A stretch of 64,000 nucleotides of DNA from contig DATJBV010000015.1 of NCBI GenBank assembly GCA_035515055.1, positions 25,058 to 89,057 of the forward strand. The letters run 5' to 3'. Source of the stretch: Candidimonas sp. Its GTDB lineage: Bacteria; Pseudomonadota; Gammaproteobacteria; Burkholderiales; Burkholderiaceae_B. The notes beneath the pieces are model-generated. The model was not told the DNA's origin, made no database searches, and was given only the letters and a program-made list of their open reading frames with translations. Below are positions 17,871 to 28,140 of this stretch, one piece after another. The position numbers were made by a program, and so were the translations under genes. The first letter of the stretch is position 1; every line of letters begins with the position of its first letter.

Positions 17871-19175
17871 ATGGACCGTTCCAACGCCACGCCCCCAGCA
17901 ATAGACCCTCGCCGCCTTGCCTTAAGGCGCATGAAGATCGCCGCTGCGGCATTGCTGGTAGCCATGGTAAGCGGCTTCATCACCAGCCATCTCATGGGCA
18001 GCCAAGGCATGTGGGCGTGGGTCCGGGCTTTCTGCGAAGCCGCCACGGTAGGCGCGTTGGCCGACTGGTTCGCTGTCGTCGCGCTATTCCGGCATCCGCT
18101 GGGTTTACCCATCCCCCACACGGCCATTATTCCAGGCAATAAAGAGCGCATCGGCGACAACCTGGCTGTCTTCGTGCGCGACCACTTCCTGGAGCCGGAG
18201 GCGCTGCTCGAGAAGCTCAAGATCTTCGATCCCGCCGCCAAACTCGGGCTGTGGCTGAGCGAGCCCGCGCAAGCCAAACAGCTTGGCGAAGGCGCGCGGC
18301 AGGTGGCTGTACAGGTGCTGGATCTGCTCGATGAGACCGCCATACGCAAGGTCATGCTGGAGTTCGTCAGCACGACGCTGCGGCGCTGGGATGCCGGGCG
18401 CACCGCGGGCGATGTGCTCGACTTGCTGACGCGCGACGGCCGTCATCAACGCTTGCTGAACGAGGCCCTGCAACGGCTGGCCGTTTACCTTGCCAATGAC
18501 GACATCAAGGAACGCGTTTCGGGCCTGCTGCTCAAGTATGCAAAAAAGGAATGGCCCAAGGTCGTCGGCGCCGTAGGCCTGGTGTCGTCGACGGATACGA
18601 TGGCCGATAAGCTCACGGATAAACTGGCCCGCGCTCTTATCGACGAATTGCACGATGTGTTGTCGCAACCCGACCATCCGGTGCGACGGGGCTACGAAGA
18701 CTGGGTGACCGACTACATACGGCGCCTGCACACCGATCCGGAAGTCGCCGCGCAAGTCGCCGCGCTGAAACAACGCATCATCGCCCAGCCTCAGGTGCAG
18801 GCGTATGTGCGGGGCCTATGGGACGAAATCCATGCCGCCCTGCGGCGCGATCTTGCGAAACCCGAGTCGATCTTGACCCGGCACCTGGAGAAGGCGCTGC
18901 AAGCCATGGGACAAAAGCTCGTGTCGGATCCGTCATTGCGCAATGCCATCAACAGCCACCTATTATCCAGCGCCCACAAGCTTACCGAAACGCTGCGCAG
19001 CGGCGTCACCGACCATATCTCGCGCACGGTGAAGAATTGGGACGAACGCCACCTGGTGGACGAGCTGGAACTTATCGTGGGCCGCGACCTGCAATACATA
19101 CGCTTCAACGGCACATTGGTGGGCGGCCTGATCGGCGTGCTGCTGCACGCCCTGGTGTTGCTGGTCAGGAGTTAG
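17871..19175 (+). CDS. DUF445 family membrane protein
   Basis: Start ATG 17871 chosen; other in-frame starts are possible. Motif ALADWFAVVALFRHPLGLPIPHTAIIPGNKERIG plus a C-terminal TM segment. Confidence 0.7.
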   Translation: MDRSNATPPAIDPRRLALRRMKIAAAALLVAMVSGFITSHLMGSQGMWAWVRAFCEAATVGALADWFAVVALFRHPLGLPIPHTAIIPGNKERIGDNLAVFVRDHFLEPEALLEKLKIFDPAAKLGLWLSEPAQAKQLGEGARQVAVQVLDLLDETAIRKVMLEFVSTTLRRWDAGRTAGDVLDLLTRDGRHQRLLNEALQRLAVYLANDDIKERVSGLLLKYAKKEWPKVVGAVGLVSSTDTMADKLTDKLARALIDELHDVLSQPDHPVRRGYEDWVTDYIRRLHTDPEVAAQVAALKQRIIAQPQVQAYVRGLWDEIHAALRRDLAKPESILTRHLEKALQAMGQKLVSDPSLRNAINSHLLSSAHKLTETLRSGVTDHISRTVKNWDERHLVDELELIVGRDLQYIRFNGTLVGGLIGVLLHALVLLVRS

Positions 19176-19229
19176 CGGGTCACGGTTATCATTCCTTCAA
19201 TCTTGAACAAACCGCTGAAGGAGACACGT

Positions 19230-20237
19230 ATGAAAGCCATCGGATACGCCCACAACCTGCCTATCGAAGACGACAAGTCCTTATTCGATCTTGAACTGCC
19301 CATTCCGCAAGTGCGCGAACGCGACGTGCTGGTACGCGTGCACGCCGTATCGGTCAATCCGCGCGACGTCAAGAGCCGCCGAACAATGGCCGCTTCAAGC
19401 GCCGACCCGCGCGTCATTGGGTACGATGCATCGGGTATCGTCGAAAAGGTAGGCAGCGGCGTCACGCTCTTTCAGCCTGGAGACGCCGTCTATTACGCCG
19501 GCGACATCACCCGGCAAGGATCCAATGCCGAATATCAGAGCGTTGATGAGCGCATTGTTGGGCGCAAACCGGTCTCGCTGGATCACGCCACGGCCGCCTC
19601 GCTGCCGCTCACGACGCTTACCGCCTACGAAATGCTGTTCGATCGGCTTGCCGTCCCGCGCAATATTACGCCGCCGAAAACCATTTTCATCCTGGGCGGC
19701 GCGGGCGGCGTTCCGTCCATGGCCATCCAACTGGCACGCCACGCCGGGCTTACCGTGGTGGCCAGCGCATCGCGGCCCGAAAGCGACCGATGGGTGCGCG
19801 ACCTAGGGGCGCACTATGTGGTCGATCACACCAAGGCGCTGGATACGCAAATTCAGGCCCTCGGCATAGGCACCATGGACTACATCGTTTCGACGCATAC
19901 CAGCGCGCGCGCCTGGGAAGAAATTTCACGCGTCATTACGCCGCAAGGACGCTTCGGCCTGATCGACGATCCCGAGCCGCTGGATTTGCGCCTGTACAAG
20001 CTCAAGTCGGTGTCCTTCCACTGGGAAGCCATGTTCACCCGGTCTTTGCAGAACACACCCGATATGATCCGCCAGCACGAAATCCTGAATGATGTGGCCG
20101 ACCTGATTGACGCCGGCGCCATTCGCGCCACAGCCACGCAAAACCTGGGTTCCATCAATGCCCGGAATCTTCGCAAGGCACATGCCTTGATCGAAACCGG
20201 CCGAACGGTGGGAAAAATCGTCTTATCCGGGTTCTGA
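19230..20237 (+). CDS. zinc-binding alcohol dehydrogenase family protein (quinone oxidoreductase-like MDR)
   Basis: ATG 19230 preceded by GAAGGAG. MKAIGY...VLVRVHAVSVNPRD... and nucleotide-binding motif ILGGAGGVPSMAIQLA. Confidence 0.85.
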   Translation: MKAIGYAHNLPIEDDKSLFDLELPIPQVRERDVLVRVHAVSVNPRDVKSRRTMAASSADPRVIGYDASGIVEKVGSGVTLFQPGDAVYYAGDITRQGSNAEYQSVDERIVGRKPVSLDHATAASLPLTTLTAYEMLFDRLAVPRNITPPKTIFILGGAGGVPSMAIQLARHAGLTVVASASRPESDRWVRDLGAHYVVDHTKALDTQIQALGIGTMDYIVSTHTSARAWEEISRVITPQGRFGLIDDPEPLDLRLYKLKSVSFHWEAMFTRSLQNTPDMIRQHEILNDVADLIDAGAIRATATQNLGSINARNLRKAHALIETGRTVGKIVLSGF

Positions 20238-21140
20238 CACAGCGGGTTGGTCGAACTTGTGCTTGGCTTCAACCAGCCAGTCGCTGAATGCCTGGACGAT
20301 GGGCGAGTCTCCCTTGTGCTGCGGATACACCAGGCAATAGCGCTTCTCGTGCCGCAGCTCCAGGTCGAACGGCACCACCAGGTCGTGCCGATGGATCTCG
20401 TTATCGACATAAAACCGCGGCACCAACCCCGCCCCCAGTCCTGAACGCGCCGCCTCGATGATCATGCCGTACATGTCGAAACGCATGCCCAGCGCCGACG
20501 CCCCGTAGGCGCTGCCCGCCAGCTCGAACCAATGGCGCCACGCTTCGGGACGGGATGCCTTGTGCAGTAAAGGTAGGTGGCGCAAGTCCTCCGGCGACGC
20601 CAGGCTGGCGACATCGAAGAAGCGCGGATTGACGACTGGCACGAGCCGTTCTTCGAACAAATCCACCTTGACCACATCGGTCCAGCTGGGATGCTCGAAA
20701 TGCAAGGCCGCATCAAATTGCGTATCTTGAAATAAAAACGGCCTGGGCTGCTCCGTCATATGGATGGTGATGTTGGGTTGCCTGCGTTGAAAGTCGCGCA
20801 GCCTGGGCATCAGCCAGCGATTCGCAAACGTCGGCAACACGGCCAGTTCCAGCACGCCGTCGTCACCTTTATTGGCCATCAGCGACAGCGTATGGGCTTC
20901 GATATCGGCCAGGCTTTTGCTGACATTCTTCACGTACGCCCGACCGGCATCGTTCAGCACGACTTGTTTCTTGACTCGGGCGAAGAGCTTTATTTCGAGG
21001 TAGCTTTCCAGTGCCGCGATCTGCCGGCTGACCGCGCTTTCAGTCAGGCACAGCTCTGTGGCCGCGCGCGCAAAGCTGCCGTGACGGGCCGCCGCCTCGA
21101 ATATGGCAAGCGCCGTGGTGCTGGGGATCTTGCGTCTCAT
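20223..21140 (-). CDS. LysR family transcriptional regulator
   Basis: N-terminal HTH (LAIFEAAARHGSFARAATELCLTESAVSRQIAALE). ATG preceded by GGAGG. Divergent from the aldehyde dehydrogenase operon. Confidence 0.9.
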   Translation of the reverse strand: MRRKIPSTTALAIFEAAARHGSFARAATELCLTESAVSRQIAALESYLEIKLFARVKKQVVLNDAGRAYVKNVSKSLADIEAHTLSLMANKGDDGVLELAVLPTFANRWLMPRLRDFQRRQPNITIHMTEQPRPFLFQDTQFDAALHFEHPSWTDVVKVDLFEERLVPVVNPRFFDVASLASPEDLRHLPLLHKASRPEAWRHWFELAGSAYGASALGMRFDMYGMIIEAARSGLGAGLVPRFYVDNEIHRHDLVVPFDLELRHEKRYCLVYPQHKGDSPIVQAFSDWLVEAKHKFDQPAVSEPG

Positions 21141-21187
21141 AAGGCCTCCGCTATTCGGTTTATAGATGCCAAAAACTCATCAACTGG

Positions 21188-21200
21188 TGATTATTAATCA
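21188..21200. promoter_or_regulatory. T-N11-A palindrome, candidate LysR-type regulator binding site
   Basis: TGATTA-T-TAATCA in the divergent intergenic region between the LysR gene and the aldehyde dehydrogenase gene. Confidence 0.4.
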
Positions 21201-21278
21201 GTTTACGCATCATACATGCCCGACCATAATCATCTCCAACCTACGTTCATATCGACACGTTTACACAGGAGTTCAGAG

Positions 21279-22757
21279 ATGTCGCGTTATCAATTGTTTA
21301 TCAACAATGAGTGGATCGACCCCCATTCTGGCCAGTGGTTCGACAGCCTGGATCCATTTTCCGGTGAAGCATGGGCTCAAGTCCCGCAGGGCGACGCAGT
21401 CGACGTGGACCGTGCGGTCAGCGCGGCGGCAGCGGCATTCCAAGGGCCTTGGTCCAAGATGTCGGCCAGCGATCGCGGCATGCTGCTGCACCGGCTGGGC
21501 GCATTGGTCGAGCGCGATGCGCAGCGTCTTGCCGAGGCGGAAAGCCGCGACAACGGAAAGTTGATGAGTGAAGTGCTGGGCCAGGTGAAGTACATGGCCA
21601 AGTATTTCTACTATTACGGCGGCCTGGCCGACAAGATCCAGGGCGCCATCGTGCCGATCGACAAACCCGGCGTCTTCAACATGGTGCGCTACGAGCCTAT
21701 GGGCGTCGTGGCCAGCATCACCCCCTGGAACTCGTCGCTGCTGCTGACGGCCTGGAAATTGGGCACCGCCCTGTGCGCCGGCAATACCATCGTCTGCAAA
21801 CCCTCGGAATTCACCTCCGTCTCCTTGTATGAGCTTGCCAAGCTCGTCGCCGAAGCGGGTTTCCCTCCCGGCGTGATCAACGTCATCAGCGGCTTCGGCA
21901 AAGAAGTCGGCGAACCCCTCATCACCCACCCGAAGGTGGCGCGCATAGCCTTCACGGGCGGCGATGAAGCCGGCCGCAAGGTCTACACCACCGCCGCATC
22001 CCACCTCAAGCGCGTATCGCTGGAACTGGGCGGCAAATCGCCCAACATTATTTTTGACGACGCTGACCTGGACAAGGCGGCCAATGGCGTCATTACGGGT
22101 ATATTTTCCGCTGGCGGGCAAACCTGCATGGCAGGTTCGCGGTTGCTGCTGCAGGAGTCCATCCATGACGAATTCATCGAGCGTCTCCTTAAAATCACGA
22201 ACGCCGCCAAGATAGGCGACCCGACCGACGCCAGCACACAGATCGGCCCGGTGGCCACCCGTCCGCAATTCGAGAAAGTCATGAGCTATATCGACATTGC
22301 CAAGAAGGAAGGCGCGCGCTGCATTGCTGGTGGAAATGCCTTGAGCGGCCCCGGGTACGGCGCAGGCCAGTTCGTCGAGCCGACCATCTTCGTCGACGTG
22401 GATAACTCCATGCGCATTGCCCAGGAAGAAGTGTTTGGACCGGTCTTGTCGGTAATCAAGTTCAAGGACGAAGAGGATGCCATCCGTATCGGCAACGACA
22501 TACGGTTCGGCCTGGCTGCCGGCGTATGGACCAAGAGCCTGCACCGCGCGATGCTGCTGTCGGAAAAGCTGCGAGCTGGAACCGTCTGGATCAATAACTA
22601 TCGCTCCACCAGCTACACCACGCCATTTGGCGGCTTTGGCGACAGCGGCGTGGGACGTGAAGGCGGTGTGGAAGCCGTCAAGGAATACATGGAAGCCAAG
22701 AGCGTCTGGATCTCGACCGACCTGGATATGCCCAACCCTTTTGTCCGCCGTTATTAA
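21279..22757 (+). CDS. NAD(P)-dependent aldehyde dehydrogenase
   Basis: Trimmed to ATG 21279 (MSRYQLFINNEWID), preceded by ACAGGAG. ALDH motifs ELGGKSP and catalytic-Cys region GQTCMAGSR. Confidence 0.9.
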   Translation: MSRYQLFINNEWIDPHSGQWFDSLDPFSGEAWAQVPQGDAVDVDRAVSAAAAAFQGPWSKMSASDRGMLLHRLGALVERDAQRLAEAESRDNGKLMSEVLGQVKYMAKYFYYYGGLADKIQGAIVPIDKPGVFNMVRYEPMGVVASITPWNSSLLLTAWKLGTALCAGNTIVCKPSEFTSVSLYELAKLVAEAGFPPGVINVISGFGKEVGEPLITHPKVARIAFTGGDEAGRKVYTTAASHLKRVSLELGGKSPNIIFDDADLDKAANGVITGIFSAGGQTCMAGSRLLLQESIHDEFIERLLKITNAAKIGDPTDASTQIGPVATRPQFEKVMSYIDIAKKEGARCIAGGNALSGPGYGAGQFVEPTIFVDVDNSMRIAQEEVFGPVLSVIKFKDEEDAIRIGNDIRFGLAAGVWTKSLHRAMLLSEKLRAGTVWINNYRSTSYTTPFGGFGDSGVGREGGVEAVKEYMEAKSVWISTDLDMPNPFVRRY

Positions 22758-22787
22758 GCCCAAGCCTCATTGAATGGAGAAAGGTCA

Positions 22788-24260
22788 ATGACCCAAACGG
22801 AAACATCCAATTTCGACGTGATCATCGTCGGATGCGGCATCGCCGGCCTGTCCGCCGCAATGTCCGCCATGGAAGCCGGTGCCCGTGTTGCCATACTGGA
22901 GCGATCCGATGTGGAGGAAAGGGGCGGCCAGACGCGCTGGACGGAAGCCATGATGCGCATGAAAAGCGAAACGGAGGTCGCCGACGACCTGGAAAGCCAT
23001 TTCGCCGAGAATGCCGGCCACTACCTCGACCCAGAACTGGTCTCGGAAGCCGCCTACGACTACGAGAACTGGTCGTCCATCGTCAAGGTGCTGAACTTCA
23101 CCGACCCCGAACTGATCGGCACGCTGGCCGACAAGGCGGGGCCCACGCTGCAGTGGCTCAAGACGTTTGGCGTGCGCTTCGACTCGCAGCCCGGCTACTT
23201 CATCACCACGTGTACCACCCGCCTGCATCCAGTGGGCGGCGGCCTTGCCCTGGTCGAGGCCCTGGGTGCCGCGGCGGACAAAGCCGGCGCCACGTTTTTC
23301 TACCGCACGACGGCACGGCGCCTGTTGCAGGACGAGAACGGCACCGTCACGGGCATCGAAGCCTACGGCTTGAAAAACAGACGCCTGACGCTCAAGGCTC
23401 CTTCCGTCGTGCTGGCCAGCGGCGGCTTTCAGGGCAACCCGGAAATGCTCACCCACTATATTGGGGAAGACGCCCGCTACATGCGCCCCGTGGCGCGTGG
23501 CGGCTACTACAACAAGGGCGAAGGCATACGAATGGCGCTCGACATAGGCGCGGCGCCTGCCGGGGACTTTGGCCAGATCCACGCCGAGCCCCTGGATCCG
23601 CGTTCGGGCGCAACCGAGCCTATCGTGCTGGTATTCAGCTATGGCGTGCTCGTCAACAAGCATGCCAAGCGCTTTATAGACGAAGCGCCAACCACGGTCG
23701 ACGCCACTTACGAAAGCATCACCCGTCAGATCCTCAAGCAGCCGGAGGGAATTGCATGGGTCATACTGGACGCAAAGATAGACGACGTGCCGAACTGGAA
23801 ACGCTCGGTGCGTTCCGACCAGCCGCCCATCACCGCGGGAACGCTGCCCGAACTGGCCATCAAGCTGGGGCTTGATGCCGAAACCCTCGAAGCCACCATT
23901 GCCCAGTACAACGCGTCCTGCGTGGATGGCCCCTTCGACCCGCTCGAGGCCGACCACCTCGCGACCACCGCCGGTTATGCGCCACCCAAATCGAACTGGG
24001 CCCGGCGTATCGACAAAGGCCCATACCTTGCCTACCCCGTCATTTGCGGAAACTGCTTCACTTTCGGCGGAATCAAGGTCAACCCCCGCAGCCAAGTGCT
24101 GAACGCCGATGGCGAACCCATCGACGGACTGTACGCGGCCGGGGAAATGACCGGCTTGTATTACGGTACGTATACCGGCGCAACGTCGGTCATACGGGGT
24201 GCCGTATTCGGCCGGATTGCAGGTATCGAGGCGGCAAACCGTCGTGCTGCCCAGTCATAA
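22788..24260 (+). CDS. FAD-dependent oxidoreductase (fumarate reductase/succinate dehydrogenase flavoprotein-like; TcuA/KstD-like)
   Basis: Trimmed to ATG 22788. FAD fold FDVIIVGCGIAGLSAAM...ILER and C-terminal ...GLYAAGEMTGL... typical of the FAD_binding_2 family. Confidence 0.8.
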   Translation: MTQTETSNFDVIIVGCGIAGLSAAMSAMEAGARVAILERSDVEERGGQTRWTEAMMRMKSETEVADDLESHFAENAGHYLDPELVSEAAYDYENWSSIVKVLNFTDPELIGTLADKAGPTLQWLKTFGVRFDSQPGYFITTCTTRLHPVGGGLALVEALGAAADKAGATFFYRTTARRLLQDENGTVTGIEAYGLKNRRLTLKAPSVVLASGGFQGNPEMLTHYIGEDARYMRPVARGGYYNKGEGIRMALDIGAAPAGDFGQIHAEPLDPRSGATEPIVLVFSYGVLVNKHAKRFIDEAPTTVDATYESITRQILKQPEGIAWVILDAKIDDVPNWKRSVRSDQPPITAGTLPELAIKLGLDAETLEATIAQYNASCVDGPFDPLEADHLATTAGYAPPKSNWARRIDKGPYLAYPVICGNCFTFGGIKVNPRSQVLNADGEPIDGLYAAGEMTGLYYGTYTGATSVIRGAVFGRIAGIEAANRRAAQS

Positions 24261-24286
24261 TCGACGAAATTACCAGGAGACATAAA

Positions 24287-25462
24287 ATGAGAAAATCACT
24301 GCTAGCCGCTCGTTTGCTTATTGCGGCATCTCTGCTGTCGGCGCCTCTTGCCGCTTCGGCGGAAACCGGTGTCACGCCCGACACTATTCGCATTGGCATG
24401 TTTGGCCCGCTAACCGGCCCGACCGCCGTCGGATCGCTACCCCTGTTCGGTGCGGCCGCCATCTATAAAGACATCAACGACAACGGCGGGATACACGGGC
24501 GCAAGATCCAATTGTCTATCGAAGACGATGCCTGCGACCCCAACAAGACCATTTCCGCCGCCAAGAAGCTGATCTCGCAAGACCAGGTCTTCATGATCCA
24601 CGGCGGCTGGTGCAGCGGCACCGTCATGGCGATAAAACCGGAATTGGCTCGCAACCCAACGCTGCCCTACATGGTGCTTGGCGCCGCCAGCGCAGCGATC
24701 TCCAAGCCAGTCATGCCTAACCTGTTCCACCCGATCGCAACGACCGATACAGTCACCAAGACCATGCTCGACTTCGCACTGTCGAAGCCCAATGCCAAGC
24801 GTATCGCCATCATCAGCCACTCGGACGAATGGGGAAAATCGCACATCAATCCGTTGCTCGCCTACATGAAGAGCAAAGGCATCGAGCCGGTGGAGTCGGT
24901 ATGGCTGGAACGGGGCAGCACCAGCGCCACGTCGCAGTTACTGAAGATCCGCACGGCCAAACCCGATGTTGTGCTGGCCATCTTGTATCCGCCCGAGCTC
25001 ACGCTATACCTGCGCGACGCGGATAAATACAGCATCAACGCCCCTACGGTGACGACCCAGGGCGTATCGATCGAAGACATGGTGCACCGCGTGGGCAATC
25101 CAGCCGCCACCAACGATTTGTTCGTGTTCTACCCCTTGTCGTCCACGCTGGATGCACCGTCCTTCCAAAAATGGAAAGACATCTACGCCAAGTACTACCC
25201 AAAAGAACCTATGGAAACTTTAAGCTTCATGGGCATGACGGGGACGCTGGCCATTGTCGAGGCGCTCAAGAATGCGGGTCCGGACTTGACGCGCGAGAAG
25301 TTCATTGCCGAATTGAACAAGCTCAAGGACTTTGATCCTGGCGTGCAGTCGGGGCCATTGACGTTTACACCAGAGGTGCATGCCGGCATCAGCAGCGGCA
25401 AGATGATTTATTGGCCTAAAGACCGGGCCGAGATCGTCGCCGCGTTCCCTGCCGCGAAGTAA
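24287..25462 (+). CDS. ABC transporter substrate-binding protein, Leu/Ile/Val-binding-protein family
   Basis: Trimmed to ATG 24287, preceded by AGGAGA. Signal peptide MRKSLLAARLLIAASLLSAPLAASA and LivJ-like sequence IRIGMFGPLTGP... Confidence 0.9.
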   Translation: MRKSLLAARLLIAASLLSAPLAASAETGVTPDTIRIGMFGPLTGPTAVGSLPLFGAAAIYKDINDNGGIHGRKIQLSIEDDACDPNKTISAAKKLISQDQVFMIHGGWCSGTVMAIKPELARNPTLPYMVLGAASAAISKPVMPNLFHPIATTDTVTKTMLDFALSKPNAKRIAIISHSDEWGKSHINPLLAYMKSKGIEPVESVWLERGSTSATSQLLKIRTAKPDVVLAILYPPELTLYLRDADKYSINAPTVTTQGVSIEDMVHRVGNPAATNDLFVFYPLSSTLDAPSFQKWKDIYAKYYPKEPMETLSFMGMTGTLAIVEALKNAGPDLTREKFIAELNKLKDFDPGVQSGPLTFTPEVHAGISSGKMIYWPKDRAEIVAAFPAAK

Positions 25463-25537
25463 GAATACCTCCTGTTGCCGTAACTTGCTGACCGGGTGGC
25501 CCTAGGGTCGCCCCGTCACGTCTTATAAGGGATATCC

Positions 25538-26407
25538 ATGCTCGCTCAGCTAATCGTGAGTGGCCTCGTCAACGGCAGCGTTTATGCCGTGGTCGCGCTG
25601 GGCATGACGGTACTTTACCGTTCTACCACTATCGTGAACTTTTGCCATGGCGAATTCTTCATGCTTGGCGCCTTCACCATTCTTATCTCCCAGCAGGTGT
25701 TGGGCTTGCCGTACGCCCTCTCCATCATTTTTGCCGTGGTCCTGCTGTTTGCAATCGGCAGCCTCGTCGAAAAAGCGCTCATGCGCCCTCTCCAGAACGC
25801 CCCGCACATCAGCATGGCGATGATGACTATTGCATTGTCATACTTGTTCAAGGGTGTCTCGCGCTTCTTCTACGGCCGCGAAGTCGCGCCACTGGAACCA
25901 TTGCTTACCGGCGATCCCATCGAAATCGGCGACGTCATCCTCTTGCCGCAAGACCTTCTGATCGCCGGGTCTTCACTTGTGATCGTCGTGGGCTTCTTCT
26001 ATTTTTTCCAGAAGACCCAATCCGGCAAAGTCATCCAGGCCGCGTCGCAGACGCCGCGCGGCGCGTCGCTGGTCGGCATCAACGTGCCGCGGTTTCGTAA
26101 TCTCATGTGGGGCGTGGGTGCCGTTCTTGGCGCCATCGCCGGGATTCTGATCGCACCCAATACGCTGGTGTACCCGGACATGGGCGCCCATATGTTGATC
26201 CAGGCGTTCGCCGCCATGACGCTGGGCGGCTTCGGGTCCTTGCCCGGCGCAGTGGTCGGTGCGCTCACACTGGGCGTGCTGGAAAACATGATCGGCGGCT
26301 ATATCTCCAGTTCGCTGGTGGAAATTACCGCCTACTTGGCGATTATCGCCGTCCTGATAGTGCGTCCGCAGGGCATCCTGGGCGAATGGAGACAAGGTCG
26401 TGGATAA
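25538..26407 (+). CDS. branched-chain amino acid-type ABC transporter permease (LivH-like)
   Basis: Typical N-terminus MLAQLIVSGLVNGSVYAVVALGMTVLY; multi-TM. Confidence 0.9.
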   Translation: MLAQLIVSGLVNGSVYAVVALGMTVLYRSTTIVNFCHGEFFMLGAFTILISQQVLGLPYALSIIFAVVLLFAIGSLVEKALMRPLQNAPHISMAMMTIALSYLFKGVSRFFYGREVAPLEPLLTGDPIEIGDVILLPQDLLIAGSSLVIVVGFFYFFQKTQSGKVIQAASQTPRGASLVGINVPRFRNLMWGVGAVLGAIAGILIAPNTLVYPDMGAHMLIQAFAAMTLGGFGSLPGAVVGALTLGVLENMIGGYISSSLVEITAYLAIIAVLIVRPQGILGEWRQGRG

Positions 26408-27398
26408 GACAAACGAAAAAACCGGCAATTCCGGGGGCCACGCCGCACTCAAGCGCAATGGACTCTTGGCGCTCGTTGGGCTGCTGTGCCTACTGCCGTT
26501 CGCAATCAATGATTACCTGTTATTCGTGGCGAACACCATGCTGGTCTACTGCCTGGTGGCCGTTGGTTTGAACATGGTCATCGGCTACCTTGGGCAGTTG
26601 GCCTTCGCCAGCGCCGCGTTCTTCGGCATAGGTGCCTACGTCACGGGATTGTCCATGGTCCATCTGGGTCTGGGCTATTCCGCGGCCATGGTGGCCGGCA
26701 CCGTTTGCGGAGGCTTGGCGGGCGCCGTTGTCGGCCTGCCGGCGCTACGAGTGCGCGGCTATTACCTCGCCATTATCACGCTGGCCTTCGGCGAGCTGAT
26801 GCGCTGGTTCTACGTGCACACCGACACCATTACGTTCGGATCGGGCGGCTTCAACATGCCCGACATGAGCTTCCTGGGCCATGAACTTAGCGGAACGGGC
26901 AAATACTATCTATTCCTTGCGGCCATGGTCATCGGCATCGCCGCCACATCGTTATTGCTGCGATCGCGCTACGGACGCGCCTTCGTGGCCGTGCGCAATA
27001 ACGAGCAGGCGGCGGCATCGCTGGGCATACAGGTGAACCGCACGAAAGTGATGGCATTTGCATGGAGCGGCCTGATCACCGGTCTGGCCGGCGCGCTATA
27101 CGCGGCGTTGAATGGCCGGGTCTCGCCCGATACCTTCGGCATATCGCAGATGTTGATGCATTTTGCGATCGTCATGATCGGCGGCTTGGGCAGCCTGGCT
27201 GGGTCCGTCATCGGCGCCGTGCTGCTGACTGGCCTGCCCGAGCTGCTGCGCAACTTCCCCGGCCTCGAAGAAATTGTATTCAGCGTTCTCTTGATCGTCG
27301 TGCTTTTCTTCATGCCCAAGGGCATCAGCGGATTCCTTGGCAACCACTTCCCATGGCTGCGGGAGCGCCTGTACCGGGAGGAGAAAAAAAATGCTTGA
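26400..27398 (+). CDS. branched-chain amino acid-type ABC transporter permease (LivM-like)
   Basis: GTG start overlapping the upstream stop. Multi-TM, with the motif GYLGQLAFASAAFFGIGAY. Confidence 0.9.
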   Translation: MDKTNEKTGNSGGHAALKRNGLLALVGLLCLLPFAINDYLLFVANTMLVYCLVAVGLNMVIGYLGQLAFASAAFFGIGAYVTGLSMVHLGLGYSAAMVAGTVCGGLAGAVVGLPALRVRGYYLAIITLAFGELMRWFYVHTDTITFGSGGFNMPDMSFLGHELSGTGKYYLFLAAMVIGIAATSLLLRSRYGRAFVAVRNNEQAAASLGIQVNRTKVMAFAWSGLITGLAGALYAALNGRVSPDTFGISQMLMHFAIVMIGGLGSLAGSVIGAVLLTGLPELLRNFPGLEEIVFSVLLIVVLFFMPKGISGFLGNHFPWLRERLYREEKKNA

Positions 27399-28140
27399 TG
27401 TACGCAACCTGACCGTCCGCTTCGCCGGGCTGACCGCTGTCGACGACTTGTCGTTCAGCGTCAAACGTGGCGAAATTTTTACCATGATGGGCCCCAATGG
27501 CGCGGGCAAGACCTCGGCTTTCAATGCGATAGGCGGCTTTATCCCAGCCGCCGGCAACGTCAGCTTCCTGGATAAGCAGATCAGCGGCATGATGCCCGCG
27601 GAGATCGCCGCGCTGGGCATACGGCGCACGTTCCAGAACAATGGCATCCTGCGCGAAATGACGGTGCTGGAAAATGTGCTGACCGGACTGGAGCTTGCCA
27701 CGCCAAGCACCTTCTGGGGCTGCGTGACCGGCTGGCCCGCATCGAGCAGAGCCGAGCGCGACGCCACAGGCAGGGCCAGGGCCATGCTCGAGCAAATGGA
27801 TATCGCCGACCTGGCCGATCGTCCGGCGGGCGACCTTTCCTTCGGTCAACAACGGCTGGTCGAAATCGCCCGCGCCATGGTCGCCGGCGCGCAATTGATC
27901 ATGCTGGACGAACCGGCCGTAGGCTTGTCGCCGGGCGACCGGCTGCATCTTGGGCAGGCGTTGCGCGAACTGGCTGCCAGCGGCATTGCCATCTTGCTGG
28001 TGGAACACGTGCAAGACTTGGTCATGGCGGTCTCGGACCAGGTGCTGGTCCTGAACTACGGGAAGAAAATCGCCCAATGTCATCCTGACGAAATACGGAA
28101 TAATAAAGACGTCCTGGAGGTTTATCTCGGCCATGCCTGA
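27391..28140 (+). CDS. ABC transporter ATP-binding protein (LivG-like)
   Basis: Trimmed to ATG 27391 (MLDVRNLTVRF), which overlaps the upstream stop. Walker A GPNGAGKT and signature LSFGQQRL. Confidence 0.9.
   Translation: MLDVRNLTVRFAGLTAVDDLSFSVKRGEIFTMMGPNGAGKTSAFNAIGGFIPAAGNVSFLDKQISGMMPAEIAALGIRRTFQNNGILREMTVLENVLTGLELATPSTFWGCVTGWPASSRAERDATGRARAMLEQMDIADLADRPAGDLSFGQQRLVEIARAMVAGAQLIMLDEPAVGLSPGDRLHLGQALRELAASGIAILLVEHVQDLVMAVSDQVLVLNYGKKIAQCHPDEIRNNKDVLEVYLGHA

Noticed and set aside
21273-22763. 496-aa ORF on the minus strand exactly covering the aldehyde dehydrogenase gene. Similar long antisense ORFs occur at 22785..24095, 13059..14090, 8937..10172, 60352..61308, 4935..5921 and 6311..7327.
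   Set aside because: These are shadow ORFs, typical of GC-rich DNA with few stop codons on the antisense frame. Their translations are Arg/Ala/Gly/Pro-rich with low complexity and no recognisable motifs, while the sense-strand genes carry clear family signatures.
24044-24286. Long N-terminal extensions in the ORF track, for example 24044 for the Liv-type binding protein, 12340..12591 for the cytochrome c subunit, 7681..7860 for the DppC-like permease, and 37987..38190 for DUF1993.
   Set aside because: The extensions overlap the upstream gene or the intergenic region and are Arg-rich nonsense. Internal ATGs have Shine-Dalgarno sequences, signal peptides or ATGA stop/start coupling, which give much more plausible starts.
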